Shown here piece after piece: positions 47,255-60,890 of a DNA stretch of 64,000 nt. The stretch comes from Macrostomum lignano (taxonomy: Eukaryota). The position numbers and the translations under genes are program-made. How positions within the stretch are numbered: the first letter of the stretch is position 1; every line of letters begins with the position of its first letter. Below the pieces are notes generated by a model. The model made no database searches. It saw nothing but the letters and a program-made list of their open reading frames with translations, and had not been told where the DNA came from. Location of the stretch: contig NIVC01000953.1 of assembly GCA_002269645.1 (NCBI GenBank), positions 62,001 through 126,000 on the forward strand, written 5' to 3'.

Positions 47255-48795
47255 ATCAACTTATAAGGTCTAGATAGCGAAGTACATTGCCAGATAAGGT
47301 CTTAGATAAGCAAAAGTAATTAACTACCATATCTGACGGTGTAACAAACTAGTTTTAGTAGTCCCTGATAAGGTCTTAGATAAGCAAAGTACACTGCCAG
47401 ATAATTCATGGTCTAGATAGCAAAGTACACTGCCAGATAATTGATCTAGATAGCAAAGTACACTGTCAGATAATTGCTCTATATAGCAAAGTACACTGCC
47501 AGATAATTCATGGTCTAGATAGCAAAGTACACTGTCAGATAATTGGTCTAGATAGCAAAGTACACTGCCAGATAATTGGTCTAGATAGCAAAGTACACTG
47601 CCAGATAATTCATGGTCTAGATAGCAAAGTACACTGCCAGATAATTGATCTAGATAGCAAAGTACACTGCCAGATAATTGGTCTAGATAGCAAAGTACGA
47701 GGGCTATCCCAAAAGTAAGTTTCGCTATGCTATAAAAGACAAACTAGTGACCCAACAATCAACAAAACTTTGCAACTGCAAAATGAACTCATAGTTACTC
47801 TACAAATTTGCCGCCCAGGTCAACGCACTTCTGCCAGCGGCGCACCCACGCCTCAAAGGCAGGGCTGCAACCGCCGATGGCCAGATGCCGGAGAGCTGAT
47901 GAAGCACTGTTATTAATCTGTTCCACCGAGGCAAAGCGTTGACCACGAAGACTCCTTCATCCTTGGGAAAACGTAGAAGTCCGCCGGAGCCAAGTCAGGC
48001 GAATAGCGCGGCTGAGGCAGAACTTCCCAGTCCCAGGACTCCAGGAGCTCTTCCACTCTTCTGGCGCGGTGCACAGGCGCGTTGTCGTGATGAAAAATGA
48101 CGCCTCTCTCCAGCAAGCCAGGTGATCCAGGTCGCTTCTTTCTGATCGCCGGTCGCAGTTTCTCCTGCAGAATCCATTTGTAATATTCGGCGTTCACCTT
48201 GGTACCGACTGGCACAGGCCAGTCCACCAGAATGCCATGGACGTCGAAGAAGATGATGTGCATCACCTTCGTTGAACTCTGCTTGCGCTGTACCTTCTCC
48301 GGGCTTGCTGATCCCTTGGAAGCCACTGTGCTGACTGGCGCTTCAGCTCAAGATCCCATTCGTAGACCCAAGTCTCATCTCTTGTCACAATCCTGCTGAG
48401 GAAGTCGTTGCCTTCTCGATGAAATCGACGAAGGTGCTCTCTGGACAGCCTCACCCGCTCCTCCATCTGCTCTTTATCTTCCATGCACAGCCTCCCTCCC
48501 TGGACCTCACGAATCCACTTGCGCACTGTCTGAATTGATGGAGTTCCTCTCTCAAAAGGTCTATTTGATTTAAGTGATGCTCTGCAGCTTGTGAGCATGA
48601 CAGCACTCTGAAACTTGTCATTCTTCTAAATTCTTCTTAATAAATTTTATACAATAGCGAAACTTACTTTTGGGATAGCCCTCGTACACTGCCAGATAAT
48701 TCATGGTCTAGATAGCAAAGTACACTGCCAGATAATTGGTCTAGATAGTAAAGTATACATTCTCCCAGATAATTGGTCTAGATAGCAAAGTATAA
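47255..48795. repeat. 31-35 bp minisatellite TAGATAGCAAAGTACACTGCCAGATAATTGGTC interrupted by a mariner insertion
   Basis: Array continues in register on both sides of 47698-48684. Confidence 0.9.
47698..48684 (-). mobile_element. Internally deleted mariner (DD34D) element, 987 bp
   Basis: Perfect 31-bp TIR CGAGGGCTATCCCAAAAGTAAGTTTCGCTAT, TA TSD; frameshifted transposase IVTRDETWV, HDNAPVH-(34)-YSPDLAPADF. Confidence 0.93.
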
Positions 48796-49369
48796 CTCCC
48801 AAATAAGACAACAAAGCAGTAATCCGGTCGAAAAAGGTCGATAATACTACTAGTATAGTAGTTTAGTTTGGTAATTATATTTGTCGCTTCAATGATACAC
48901 TAGCTGTAACGAATGGCCCATTGTGGATGTTTTAATTATGAATGCGTTTTGAATGATAAACTTGTGATCGTACAGCCTCGGACAAGCCACGTACATGTAC
49001 ATGTATTTTGCTAAATTCTCAACTTTCAAAGGCATTTTGAAATGCTTTTTGTAAGCGAAAACTGGCGGGGCTATCGGTGCAGCTATGAGCACGTGCCAGC
49101 CATCATTGAATACCCCGGGAGGTCCCCGCGCGGTCATCCGGCCTTCCCGCTCTCTCCGTTGTGTTATGATAAATTGCTGCTTGTCGTCATCGCCTGAGGG
49201 GCCAGATTCTGTCTCACGGTATGCGGGTCCGCATGACCCCATGATTAAGTGATGCTCCCCCCCATCATTCACCGCGAGGTGTCCGCTCGAGCAGCGCTGA
49301 TCGGCACAGGTAGGTGACGCCATTCTGACAAGTTCGCCTTGTTGAGCTGGTTGGTTTTTTAACACTTTT

Positions 49370-50080
49370 GAATCCTGTCTGTCTGTATTTGTCTGTAATT
49401 GTCCATTTTGTCTGTAGTTGTCTGTACATGTATGTGTCTGTGTTTCCTGGTTGTCTTTTTAGTTGTCTGTTTGTCTGTAATCGTCTGTATATTGTCTGAA
49501 ATTTCCTGTTTAAATGTCTGTAATTGGCTGTATGCATCTGTACTTGTTTGCTTGTTTATTAGGCCTTTTTGTCTGTATATAGTTGTCTATATGTGTCTGT
49601 AATAGCCTGTTTGTCTGTCATTTTCTGTCTGCCTGTAATTGCCTGTTTGTCTGTAATTTTCTGTCTGTGCCTGTAATAGCCTGTTTGTCTGTCATTTTCT
49701 GTCTGCCTGTAATTGCCTGTTTGTCTGTAATTTTCTGTCTGTGCCTGTAATTGCCTGTTTGTCTGTAATTTTCTGTCTGTGCCTGTAATTGCCTGTTTGT
49801 CTGTCACTTTCTGTCTGCCTGTAATTGCCTGTTTGTCTGTAATTTTCTGTATGTGCCTGTATTTGCCTGTTTGTCTGTAATTTTCTGTATGTTCCTGTAA
49901 TTGCCTGTTTGTCTGTAATTTTCTGTATGTTCCTGTAATTGCCTGTTTGTCTGTAATTTTCTGTATGTTCCTGTAATTGCCTGTTTGTCTGTCATTTTCT
50001 GTATGTTCCTGTAATTGCCTGTTTGTCTGTCATTTTCTGTATGCGTCTGAATTGCCTGTAGGCATCTGTAATTGCCTGTT
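49370..50080. repeat. About 36-38 bp TCTG-rich minisatellite
   Basis: Direct tandem repetition (TGTCTGTAATTTTCTGT..CCTGTAATTGCCTGTT). Confidence 0.9.
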
Positions 50081-50504
50081 TGAAAATTTCTCATCTGCAG
50101 TCTTGCTCATTTCAGTTATAAAAGGTATAAATAGTGGAAAGGCAGGTTTTGTTTTTCTTTGGCAAAAAAGGGAATCTGTAGAGAAGGAAGACTTGATGGA
50201 GATTATTTACAAAGAATGAAGGCAAGCCACCTGCCCGGTTATAAAAAGGCCAAACAGTATTAAAGACAATTTAATTAATTTTATGCACCGACTCGACCCC
50301 AGATTAAGTCGCTGATGTTTAAGAAGCTGAGACACCTGTTTTCTGTTTGGGATGGCGAACGAGTAAATATGATTTGATGTTTTTTCATTACTACGGCTTT
50401 GAGAGTGAAATTGAGGATAAAATAATTGGGATATAAAAGCACTTATGCAATCTATACAAATATAAGAGATTAGAAAAGTTAGTTTTGTGACTCAGGTTGA
50501 TAGA

Positions 50505-51745
50505 GACACCGGAGAGAGATAGGGTGAGACAGACAGAGAAAGAGAGTGAGACAGTGAGAGATAGAGGGTGAGACAGTGAGAGATAGAGGGTAGGACAGGG
50601 AGAGATAGAGGGTGAGACAGGGAGTGATAGAGAGTGAGACAGGGAGAGAGAAAGGGTGAGACAGGCAAAGAGGGGGTGAGACAGGCAAAGAGGGGGTGAG
50701 ACAGGGAGAGAGAGGGTGAGACAGGGAGAAAGAGGGTGAGACAGGCAGAGAGAAGGTGAGACAGGCAGAGAGAGGGTGAGACAGGCAGAGAGAGGGTGAG
50801 ACAGGCAGAGAGAGGGTGAGACAGGGAGAAAGAGGGTGAGACAGGGAGAAAGAGGGTGAGACAGGGAGAAAGAGGGTGAGACAGGCAGAGAGAAGGTGAG
50901 ACAGGCAGAGAGAGGGTGAGACAGGCAGAGAGAGGGTGAGACAGGCAGAGAGAGGGTGAGACAGGGAGAAAGAGGGTGAGACAGGGAGAAAGAGGGTGAG
51001 ACAGGCAGAGAGAAGGTGAGACAGGCAGAGAGAAGGTGAGACAGGCAGAGAGAGGGTGAGACAGGCAGAGAGAAGGTGAGACAGGCAGAGAGAGGGTGAG
51101 ACAGGGAGAAAGAGGGTGAGACAGGGAGAAAGAGGGTGAGACAGGGAGAAAGAGGGTGAGACAGGCAGAGAGAAGGTGAGACAGGCAGAGAGAGGGTGAG
51201 ACAGGCAAAGAGAGGGTGAGACAGGCAAAGAGAGGGTGAGACAGGCAAAGAGAGGGTGAGACAGGCAAAGAGAGGGTGAGACAGGCAAAGAGAGGGTGAG
51301 ACAGGCAAAGAGAGGGTGAGACAGGCAAAGAGAGGGTAAGACAGGCAAAGAGAGGGTGAGACAGGCAAAGAGAGGGTGAGACAGGCAAAGAGAGGGTAAG
51401 ACAGGCAAAGAGAGGGTGAGACAGGCAAAGAGAGGGTGAGACAGGCAAAGAGAGGGTAAGACAGGCAAAGAGAGGGTGAGACAGGCAAAGAGAGGATAAC
51501 ACACAGAGAGAGAGGGTGAGACAGGCAAAGAGAGGGTGAGACAGGCAAAGAGAGGGTGAGACAGGCAAAGAGAGGGTGAGACAGGCAAAGAGAGGGTGAG
51601 ACAGGTAAAGAGAGGGTAAGACAGGCAAAGAGAGGGTGAGACAGGCAAAGAGAGGGTGAGACGGGCAGAGAGAGGGTGAGACGGGCAGAGAGAGGGTGAG
51701 ACAGGCAAACAGAGGATAACACACAGAGAGAGAGAGGGTAAGACA
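50505..51745. repeat. 20-bp minisatellite GAGACAGGCAAAGAGAGGGT
   Basis: Direct tandem repetition. Confidence 0.95.
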
Positions 51746-52207
51746 GCAGAAGAATCAAAGCCGCCTCCAATCAAAAAGCAATAAGTTGCGAATCCTGACT
51801 GCCCCCCAGATGCAACAGTGAGTAAGCTTGAACTGACCTAAGCACATGTTTTATTACCAGCAAGTATAAGAGATGATTGCCCCTATTTCGAGCTAATCGA
51901 AGCAATAAATAAATCGTGAGAACTGGCCATGGCTATCGGCGAAATTAAGAAGCAGTTTCATGATGCTTACTGTCAGAATATCTCTATTAATGCTTACTGG
52001 AGATTACTTGCTTCATATGCCCCTTTTATGCTATAGTGCCTGCATAAATGCCTCATCAAAACTTCTCGCGGAACCCGTGAGTCAGTCTGCCTCCATATTT
52101 TATGACAGCATTAAACTTTTATGAATGAACTTCCCTGCAAGCTGAAGATGGTCTCAGACTTTTCTTTTTAGCACCTTTCTGATTCACTTCTAACGGTTTG
52201 TCTCCTT

Positions 52208-52825
52208 CTGGCGCCCCCATCAGTGTCTTTGTGGCGCCCCTGTCAGTGTCTTTGTAGCGCGCCTGTCAGTGTCTTTGTAGCGCCCCTGTCAGTGTCTTTG
52301 TGGTGCCCCTGTCAGTGTCTTTGTGGCGCGCCTGTCAGTGTCTTTGTGGTGCCCCTGTCAGTGCCTTTGTGGCGCCCCTGTCAGTGTCTTTGTGGCGCCC
52401 CTGTCAGTGTCTTTCTGGCGCCCCCTGTCAGTGTCTTTCTGGCGCCCCTGTCAGTGTCTTTCTGGCGCCCCTGTCAGCGTCTTTGTGGCGCCCCCTGTCA
52501 GTGTCTTTGTGGCGCTCCTGTCAGCGTCTTTGTGGCGCCCCTGTCAGCGTCTTTGTGGCGCCCCTGTCAGTGTCTTTGTGGCGACCCTGTCAGTGTCTTT
52601 GTGGCGCCCCTGTCAGTGTCTTTGTGGCGCCCCTGTCAGTGTCTTTGTGGCGCCCCTGTCAGTGTCTTTGTGGCGCCCCTGTCAGTGTCTTTCTGGCGCC
52701 CCCTGTCAGTGTCTTTCTGGCGCCCCCTGTCAGTGTCTTTCTGGCGCCCCCTGTCAGTGTCTTTCTGGCGCCCCCTGTCAGTGTCTTTCTGGCGCCCCCT
52801 GTCAGTGTCTTTCTGGCGCCCCTTG
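52208..52825. repeat. 23-24 bp minisatellite GTGGCGCCCCTGTCAGTGTCTTT
   Basis: Direct tandem repetition. Confidence 0.95.
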
Positions 52826-53502
52826 GCACTATGTTTCAAAGCATTCAACTTCATAAAATTTTCACCAAAGACGCAACTCTCTAAGGCAGAGCCCCCCCCC
52901 CGCTCTCCCGATAACAGTCCCCACACTCGAAAACAAAGTCATGGGAAAGCGGCCAGCCCAGCGTCATCTGCAATTATCTCTGCTGGAGGGAAACTGATCC
53001 CAACCCTTATCTCCCCGTCTCCGCGAGGTCCGCGAGGTCGGGTTTGAGAGGTAAATGACACCTTTGTCGCCGGTGACTCTCATGCGGGCATGTGGCTAAA
53101 GACTCGTATTAATAACCGCTCAGAAATCAATCAGTCATTCTTTCACAATTTCGATTCGACCGCCTAACAAATTGGATGCCGCTTGAGTTCTTCCATTCTT
53201 TGTCTCTCGGGGCAGTTGAGTTGAGAATTTTCTGCTGCACTGAACTTGACAGAATGGGAATGCAATGCATTGGCATTGGTGTTGGCAAGTAGATATTTGT
53301 AAGCTTGAAACCCTGCGGGTCATTAAGGCAAGCATTGTGCTTGGGCTGACCCTGTGACACATGTAATTACCTTGTCATGAAAGTCATTGACATTGTTATC
53401 TCTGGTGTCCAGGGATATCTGAAAATATTCTGCAACTTTAATATGGCCCAGGTTTTTTTCGGAGTCAAGTTTTCATGAAAAACGGTTGCAAAACGTTTGG
53501 CT

Positions 53503-54382
53503 CCCTTCATCTGTGTCTCCCTTCATCCCTGTCTCATTTTATCTGTCTCCTTTCATCTGTCTCCCTTCATCTCTGTCTCCTTTCATCTCTGTCTCCTTTC
53601 ATCCCTGTCTCCCTTCATCCCTGTCTCCCTTCATCTCTGTCTCCTTTCATCTGTCTCCCTTCATCCCTGTCTCCCTTCATCCCTGTCTCCCTTCATCCCT
53701 GTCTCCCTTCATCCCTGTCTCCCTTCATCCCTGTCTCCCTTCATCCCTGTCTCCCTTCATCCCTGTCTCCCTTCATCCCTGTCTCCCTTCATCCCTGTCT
53801 CCCTTCATCCCTGTCTCCCTTCATCCCTGTCTCCCTTCATCCCTGTCTCCCTTCATCCCTGTCTCCCTTCATCCCTGTCTCCCTTCATCCCTGTCTCCCT
53901 TCATCCCTGTCTCCCTTCATCCCTGTCTCCCTTCATCCCTGTCTCCCTTCATCCCTGTCTCCCTTCATCCCTGTCTCCCTTCATCCCTGTCTCCCTTCAT
54001 CCCTGTCTCCCTTCATCCCTGTCTCCCTTCATCCCTGTCTCCCTTCATCCCTGTCTCCCTTCATCCCTGTCTCCCTTCATCCCTGTCTCCCTTCATCCCT
54101 GTCTCCCTTCATCCCTGTCTCCCTTCATCCCTGTCTCCCTTCATCCCTGTCTCCCTTCATCCCTGTCTCCCTTCATCCCTGTCTCCCTTCATCCCTGTCT
54201 CCCTTCATCCCTGTCTCCCTTCATCCCTGTCTCCCTTCATCCCTGTCTCCCTTCATCCCTGTCTCCCTTCATCCCTGTCTCCTTTCATCTGTCTCCCTTC
54301 ATCCCTGTCTCCCTTCATCCCTGTCTCCCTTCATCCCTGTCTCCTTTCATCTGTCTCCCTTCATCCCTGTCTCCCTTCATCA
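53503..54382. repeat. 16-bp minisatellite CTTCATCCCTGTCTCC, near-perfect
   Basis: Direct tandem repetition. Confidence 0.95.
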
Positions 54383-55096
54383 TCGCCTATTTTTATCTGC
54401 ATTTTCAAGCAGCTCACCAATATCTCCACACTGGGGGACTTTCAAACGATTTTAGATGACTCATGCTCAGCTCTACTCGCTCATCTCCATGATGAGTTTT
54501 GTCAATCTGTTGATTAATTACTCGCAGTGCTACAACTGGGAAGGTGACGACAACTCGCCACCAAGGCCACTCATGAGGCTGGCTAGTACGTGCTTCAGCA
54601 TAATTTTTTCGTCAGAACATCTGAAACTTCTGGGCAATCCTTGATCAGGTACAGGTGTCTCTCAGAGTGTGCCAGCAGCAAGCTGAGGGTGTTACATTTA
54701 TCTGTCTTGCATTTTAATCGGGTTTTAATCATTAATCCTGCTAGTCGAAGGGGGCTCTTGAGTTTGTCGGCGAATTTCTGATGAACAAAGAATAATGAGA
54801 GAGGAGAGGTGAGAGATGAGAGGTGTGAGAGGAGAGAGGAGAGAGGAGAGAGGGGGAGAAGAGATTAGAAAATAGGACTATACTTTAGGATGACATGACA
54901 ACTCCTCAAATGTAGCACATTAATCGACTAAAATTGTCAACTCGCTGGTTATCGAATATCATGTCTTACAAGTTGAGGAGCCTGAGACAATCTGATGATG
55001 ACCCTATGATCCCCCTCACCCAACCCCATCCCAGACACGCCCAGCACATGTCTTTATGCCCTGCTTAACATCTGTGCAATTGGCCTGCTCCATGTC

Positions 55097-55426
55097 TATA
55101 GCTGGATAAAAACTGTTCCCCATCCCATTGTGCTGCTTTTTCTTGTTACCCCGCCCTCCTACTCTGCCGGGCCCGCTTGCACTAAAAAAACTTCAAAACA
55201 CGTCTGTGATTGATGCTGCATCTGCCAAGCCATCTGCTCCCGGGGCAGACTCATGTGAGTCTTCCCCGATCCTCAGACGCTTAGAAGCCGTGTCTAAATC
55301 TAGCTGTTTGAATCCCAGAAAATCCCTTTTCTGACCATTGGGATTCCATGAAATCCCGTCTCTAACAACTCTGATCCCATGAAATCCCGTCTCTAACAAC
55401 TCTGATCCCATGAAATCCCATCTGTA
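55097..55426 (+). repeat. Left copy of 330-bp direct duplication flanking the LINE
   Basis: Matches 57360-57689 (offset 2263) with no difference seen. Confidence 0.92.
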
Positions 55427-57359
55427 CTTACTTACTTACTACTGACGGGGGGCGCAGGCGCCGCGAATAGGCCGCGAGGCCCCTATCGCAACCCCAAGGT
55501 AAAAGAGCACAAGGATTAGCCTTGGGGGTGCGCCCAGTCCCCGCCAGTAGTCGGCAGGTCCGCAGTGGAGGCATCGGCGACCCTCATCCGGCCGGAGTCC
55601 CGGACGAAGGCGCGGAGGTCTCGGATATTGTCCGCGGTGGTCAGCTCGTCCATCCGCTGGGGGTGGCCGAGGTATTTGTGCCGCGCCTTGTTGAAGTAAG
55701 GGCAGAAGGTGACGTGATGCTCCGCGGTCTCCTCTCCTATGCCACAGAAGGGACAGGTGGGAGGGCAACCGGTTTGCAACGATATATGTCTCTGGAAGAA
55801 TCCGTGGCCGGTTAGGACCATGCACATCTCCCTGAGGTCGGTTCTGTTAAGCGAAATCAGATAATCAGAGACTTTCCTGTTCAGGTTAGGCATGGCAGAG
55901 CGGCTCTGCCTGTACTCGGTGCAGCTGTTCCAGTGGAGCTGGTGCTGCTGATGGAGCCACCTGTTGATATGGCGGGTGACTTGCGACCTGGGGGTGGGTA
56001 GCCTCATCAGACGGTGGTTGCCGTCTGGGTTGCTGCCCTCCTTGGCGAGAGAGTCCGCGAGCTCGTTGCCCAGGATGTTGCTGTGACCAGGTGTCCAGAT
56101 AATTCTAATCCTGTTAAGGACTGAGAGAGATTGCACACTGCGGTGGCATTGAGATACTGTAGCAGCGGAGATATTCTCAGTGGTTAAGGCCTTAATAGCA
56201 GCTTGGCTATCAGTGTAGAAATTAATGTCAAAATTATTAATGTTCGCCTGAAACAGTTGCTGGGCACACTGCTCAATGGCGCAAATTTCAGCTTGGAAAA
56301 CTGAGGTGTTCTCACCGAGGTGCAGACTTTCCTGGAGAAGCATCTTACCCTCGTGGAAAATGGCAATACCCGCTCCAGCGCGGCCGTTGAACAGCGAGCC
56401 GTCGGTGAAGCAGTGAATGCCCTGGCTGCGCCGGTTCACACCGACATCCAGCGGAATGTTGTCTCGGCCAGGGATGGCGGTCTTGAAGCCCCTCCTGATG
56501 TTGAGGGCGGGAGGTCGACTATCCACATTGCCCAGGTCCATGTGGATGTTGTTAAGGTCGCGGCGGACAAAGTCCATATGCGGGATTAATGTTTTCATTG
56601 GCATAAAGCCAGAGGGCGCGTTATTTAACGTTTTATCTCTGATAAGCCGGGAGGCAGACTTCATAGCCTCCGCCCTAATAAATAGGTGAAGCGGAGGTAG
56701 GTTAAGGATAGTGTTCAGCCCCTCGTAAGGGGTGGACGGGTACGCACCTGTGATGGCACGGCAAATGCTGCCCTGAAGCTGGTACAGCCGCTGACGGGCG
56801 GCCTTCTGCTCCAGCACGCTAGTCCAGATGAGACTCGCGTATGTGATACTGGGCCGGATGATGCCGGTATAAATCCAACGGACCGTTCTAGGCGAGAGGC
56901 CCCAAGTCGGCCCGATGGCTCTGCGCAGCTGGGCAAAGCAGCGTTTTGCCCGACCGATGACGTTATTAAGGTGCTTCGTCCAGCGCAGGTCATGCGTTAG
57001 CGTCACACCGAGGTATTTGACCTCCTTCTTGAAGGGGATGTTTCTGCCATAGACAGTGAGGTTTTTCATCTCCCACTTACGGCGCTTGGTGAAAACGACA
57101 GCGACAGTCTTAGTGACGCTGATTTTTAGGCCATGCTGTGTAGCCCAGTCGGCCGCCTTGTCGGCGAATTGCTGCATCAGGTTGCGCAGAGTGGCGGGGT
57201 CGGGTCCGCTGACGACCGCGGCAACGTCATCGGCGTAGCCCGCCCTGGTGATACTGCTGGGAATGTCAGCGGTTAGAAGTTCGTCCATGACGAGATTCCA
57301 GAGAAGTGGAGTTAGCACGCCACCTTGCGGGCCGCCTTTCATCACCGCCCGGGTGAGGG
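55427..57359 (-). mobile_element. 5'-truncated non-LTR retrotransposon (I group, LOA-like) with RT C-terminus and RNase H
   Basis: Uninterrupted ORF 55516-57345: [34 protein letters not shown]; RNase H TDGS, QAE, TDSQ, GNELAD; CPFC..EHHVTFC; (TAAG)n tail at 55427-55440. Confidence 0.92.
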
Positions 57360-57689
57360 TATAGCTGGATAAAAACTGTTCCCCATCCCATTGTGCTGCT
57401 TTTTCTTGTTACCCCGCCCTCCTACTCTGCCGGGCCCGCTTGCACTAAAAAAACTTCAAAACACGTCTGTGATTGATGCTGCATCTGCCAAGCCATCTGC
57501 TCCCGGGGCAGACTCATGTGAGTCTTCCCCGATCCTCAGACGCTTAGAAGCCGTGTCTAAATCTAGCTGTTTGAATCCCAGAAAATCCCTTTTCTGACCA
57601 TTGGGATTCCATGAAATCCCGTCTCTAACAACTCTGATCCCATGAAATCCCGTCTCTAACAACTCTGATCCCATGAAATCCCATCTGTA
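57360..57689 (+). repeat. Right copy of 330-bp direct duplication
   Basis: Matches 55097-55426. Confidence 0.92.
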
Positions 57690-58305
57690 ACAACTCTGAT
57701 TCCATGAAATCCCACCCCTAACAACTCTGATCCCATGAAATCCCACCCCTAACAACTCTGATCCCATGAAATCCCACCCCTAACAACTCTGATCCCATAA
57801 AATCCCACCCCTAACAACTCTGATCCCATGAAATCCCACCCCTAACAACTCTGATCCCATGAAATCCCACCCCTAACAACTCTGATCCCATAAAATCCCA
57901 CCCCTAACAACTCTGATTCCATGAAATCCCACCCCTAACAACTCTGATTCCATGAAATCCCACCCCTAACAACTCTGATTCCATGAAATCCCATCTCTAA
58001 CAACTCTGATCCCATGAAATCCCACCCCTAACAACTCTGATCCCATGAAATCCCGTCTCTAACAACTCTGATCCCATAAAATCCCACCCCTAACAACTCT
58101 GATCCCATGAAATCCCACCCCTAACAACTCTGATCCCATGAAATCCCACCCCTAACAACTCTGATCCCATGAAATCCCACCCCTAACAACTCTGATCCCA
58201 TGAAATCCCACCCCTAACAACTCTGATCCCATGAAATCCCACCCCTAACAACTCTGATCCCATGAAATCCCACCCCTAACAACTCTGATCCCATGAACTC
58301 CCATC
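57612..58305. repeat. 31-bp minisatellite AACAACTCTGATCCCATGAAATCCCACCCCT
   Basis: Direct tandem repetition; its first units are also in the left duplication copy. Confidence 0.95.
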
Positions 58306-58734
58306 TCGTTGAATACATGAGATCCCAAATAATAAATTAATAGTTATAGAAACTCCATCCTATAAAAATGTTGCTCAAATTTCTCAGCAATAAAAGTAAC
58401 TGAGTGCGTGACTCCCAGCTAACACCGAGGTAGCAAACCGAGATTTTCCGCAAAAACAACAATATAGTAATTTCCGGAATCATTGAAGTCAATTTTTTGC
58501 ACGTTTTCCTGAGTCAATACCAGGTCATTTGGTCAATTGAAGACAACTCAAAAGCAAGAGACAAGAACTACGGCAGAAATTTTGCTACAATTCTCTTCAG
58601 ATCAGCTTTCTCAGTGGGTACCGACAGCTCTGCTTAAGTGTATCATTCGTCAACATAAATGAGGCAAACTTTAGAGGCATTTTCTGCGTTGCAGTTGTTG
58701 GCTGCTCAATCTTGCCCCCTGCTCTTGTCTTTTT

Positions 58735-59370
58735 TCTCTCTCATCTCTCACGTGTCATCTCATCCCTCCGAGGTTTAATCTCATGTCTCCTCTCTCATCT
58801 CATGTCTCCTCTCTAATGTCATCTATCCTCTCTCATCTCATGTATCCTCTCTCATCTCATCTCTCCTCTCTCATCTCATCTCTCCTCTCTCATCTCATCT
58901 CGCCTCTCTCATCTCATGTCTCCTCACTCATCTCATCTCTCCTCTCTCATCTCATGTCTCCTCTCTCATCTCATCTCTCCTCTCTCATCTCATCTCTCCT
59001 CTCTCATCTGATGTCTCCTCTGTCATCTCATCTCTCCTCTCTCATCTCATCTCTCCTCTCTCATCTGATGTCTCCTCTCTCATCTCATGTCTCTTCACTC
59101 ATCTCATGTCTCCTCACTCATCTCATCTCTCCTCTCTCATCTCATGTCTCCTCTGTCATCTCATCTCTCCTCTCTCATCTCATGTCTCCTCACTCATCTC
59201 ATGTCTCCTCTCTCATCTCATCTCTCCTCTCTCATCTCTCATGTCATCTTATCTCTCCTCTCTCTTGTCATCCCATCTCTCCTCTCTCATTTCATCTTAT
59301 CTCTTTTCTTCCGTGGGATATCTCTTTTCTTCCGTGCCATCTCATCTCTCTTTCCATCTCATTTCTCATC
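58735..59370. repeat. CT-rich low-complexity minisatellite (TCTCATC/TCTCC units)
   Basis: Direct. Confidence 0.9.
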
Positions 59371-59763
59371 AGTCATCTCCAAATAAAGCTCTATTTTTGC
59401 TTCCTTTTCTCATATTGCCCGGTTTCTGCTTTACGCAACGGCACAAGTTATAGCTGCAGACCTGACTCAGTTTACCTTGCCTATAGGCACAAACATTTCA
59501 TACTCTCATTTGACACACACAATTTTTTGTGCGTTTGCTTGTCGTTTTCGTCTTGAATGCTCAACTAATATTCTCGTAAAAAGTGGCTTGCAAAACTGTG
59601 TCAATTTCTGTCCAATTTCCAACTGACAGAGCACATCAAACACATCTTTTCCGACTGAATATTAATCTGCCTCTCTGAAAGTAAACAGCCTCATTAACCC
59701 TGAAGGCTTGTTCTGTTAACATCTACCGGTAATGACCAGCCTTGCAAAGATATTATGAAATCA

Positions 59764-60371
<608 letters not shown>

Positions 60372-60597
60372 AAACGCAGAGGCCATGAAGTCTTATTAAG
60401 CTGTTATTATTACCGCAGGGGATTAATAACTGGCGGGTTTTTGCCAGTTTCTTTGAGTCGATGGGATTCTATTCCAATAATTTTTCTATGGGCAAATTTT
60501 CAAACAAAACCAATATTATTATCTAAAGGCAGAAGTTGCAGCTTTCTTTGACTTAAATACCTTCCTACACATGAAGTCTCTGCATCTGTCTGCCCGC

Positions 60598-60890
60598 TCC
60601 TTCCATCCGCCCCCTTCAATCCGCCCTCTCCATCATTATATTCCATCCGCCCCTCCATCCGCCCCTTTAATCCGCCCTCTCCATCACTCCATTCCATCCG
60701 CCCCTCCATCCGCCCCCTTCAATTTCCCCCTCTCCATCACTCCATTCCATCCGCCCCTCCATCCGCCCCCTTCAATTTCCCCCTCTCCATCACTCCATTC
60801 CATCCGCCCCTCCATCCGCCCCCTTCAATTTCCCCCTCTCCATCACTCCATTCCATCCGCCCCTTCAATCCGCCCTCTCCATCACCGCCC
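60598..60890. repeat. CCATCCGCCCC-based composite minisatellite
   Basis: Direct. Confidence 0.85.

Noticed and set aside
48889-49365. 158-aa - strand ORF
   Set aside because: No recognisable domain or splice support; starts at TTG next to a satellite
50391-54517. Several 170-460 aa Cys/Leu/Ser/Pro-rich ORFs
   Set aside because: Open in all frames because 16-, 20- and 23-bp monomers contain no stops
55193-55340. Possible - strand terminal exon (KRDFLGFKQLDLDTASKRLRIGEDSHES..) inside the duplicated segment
   Set aside because: Protein-like but no homology recognised and no partner exons identifiable
55097-57689. LTR retrotransposon with 330-bp LTRs
   Set aside because: No TG..CA ends, PBS, PPT, gag or integrase; RT and RNase H are non-LTR type, with a microsatellite tail; the duplicated segment ends inside a host minisatellite
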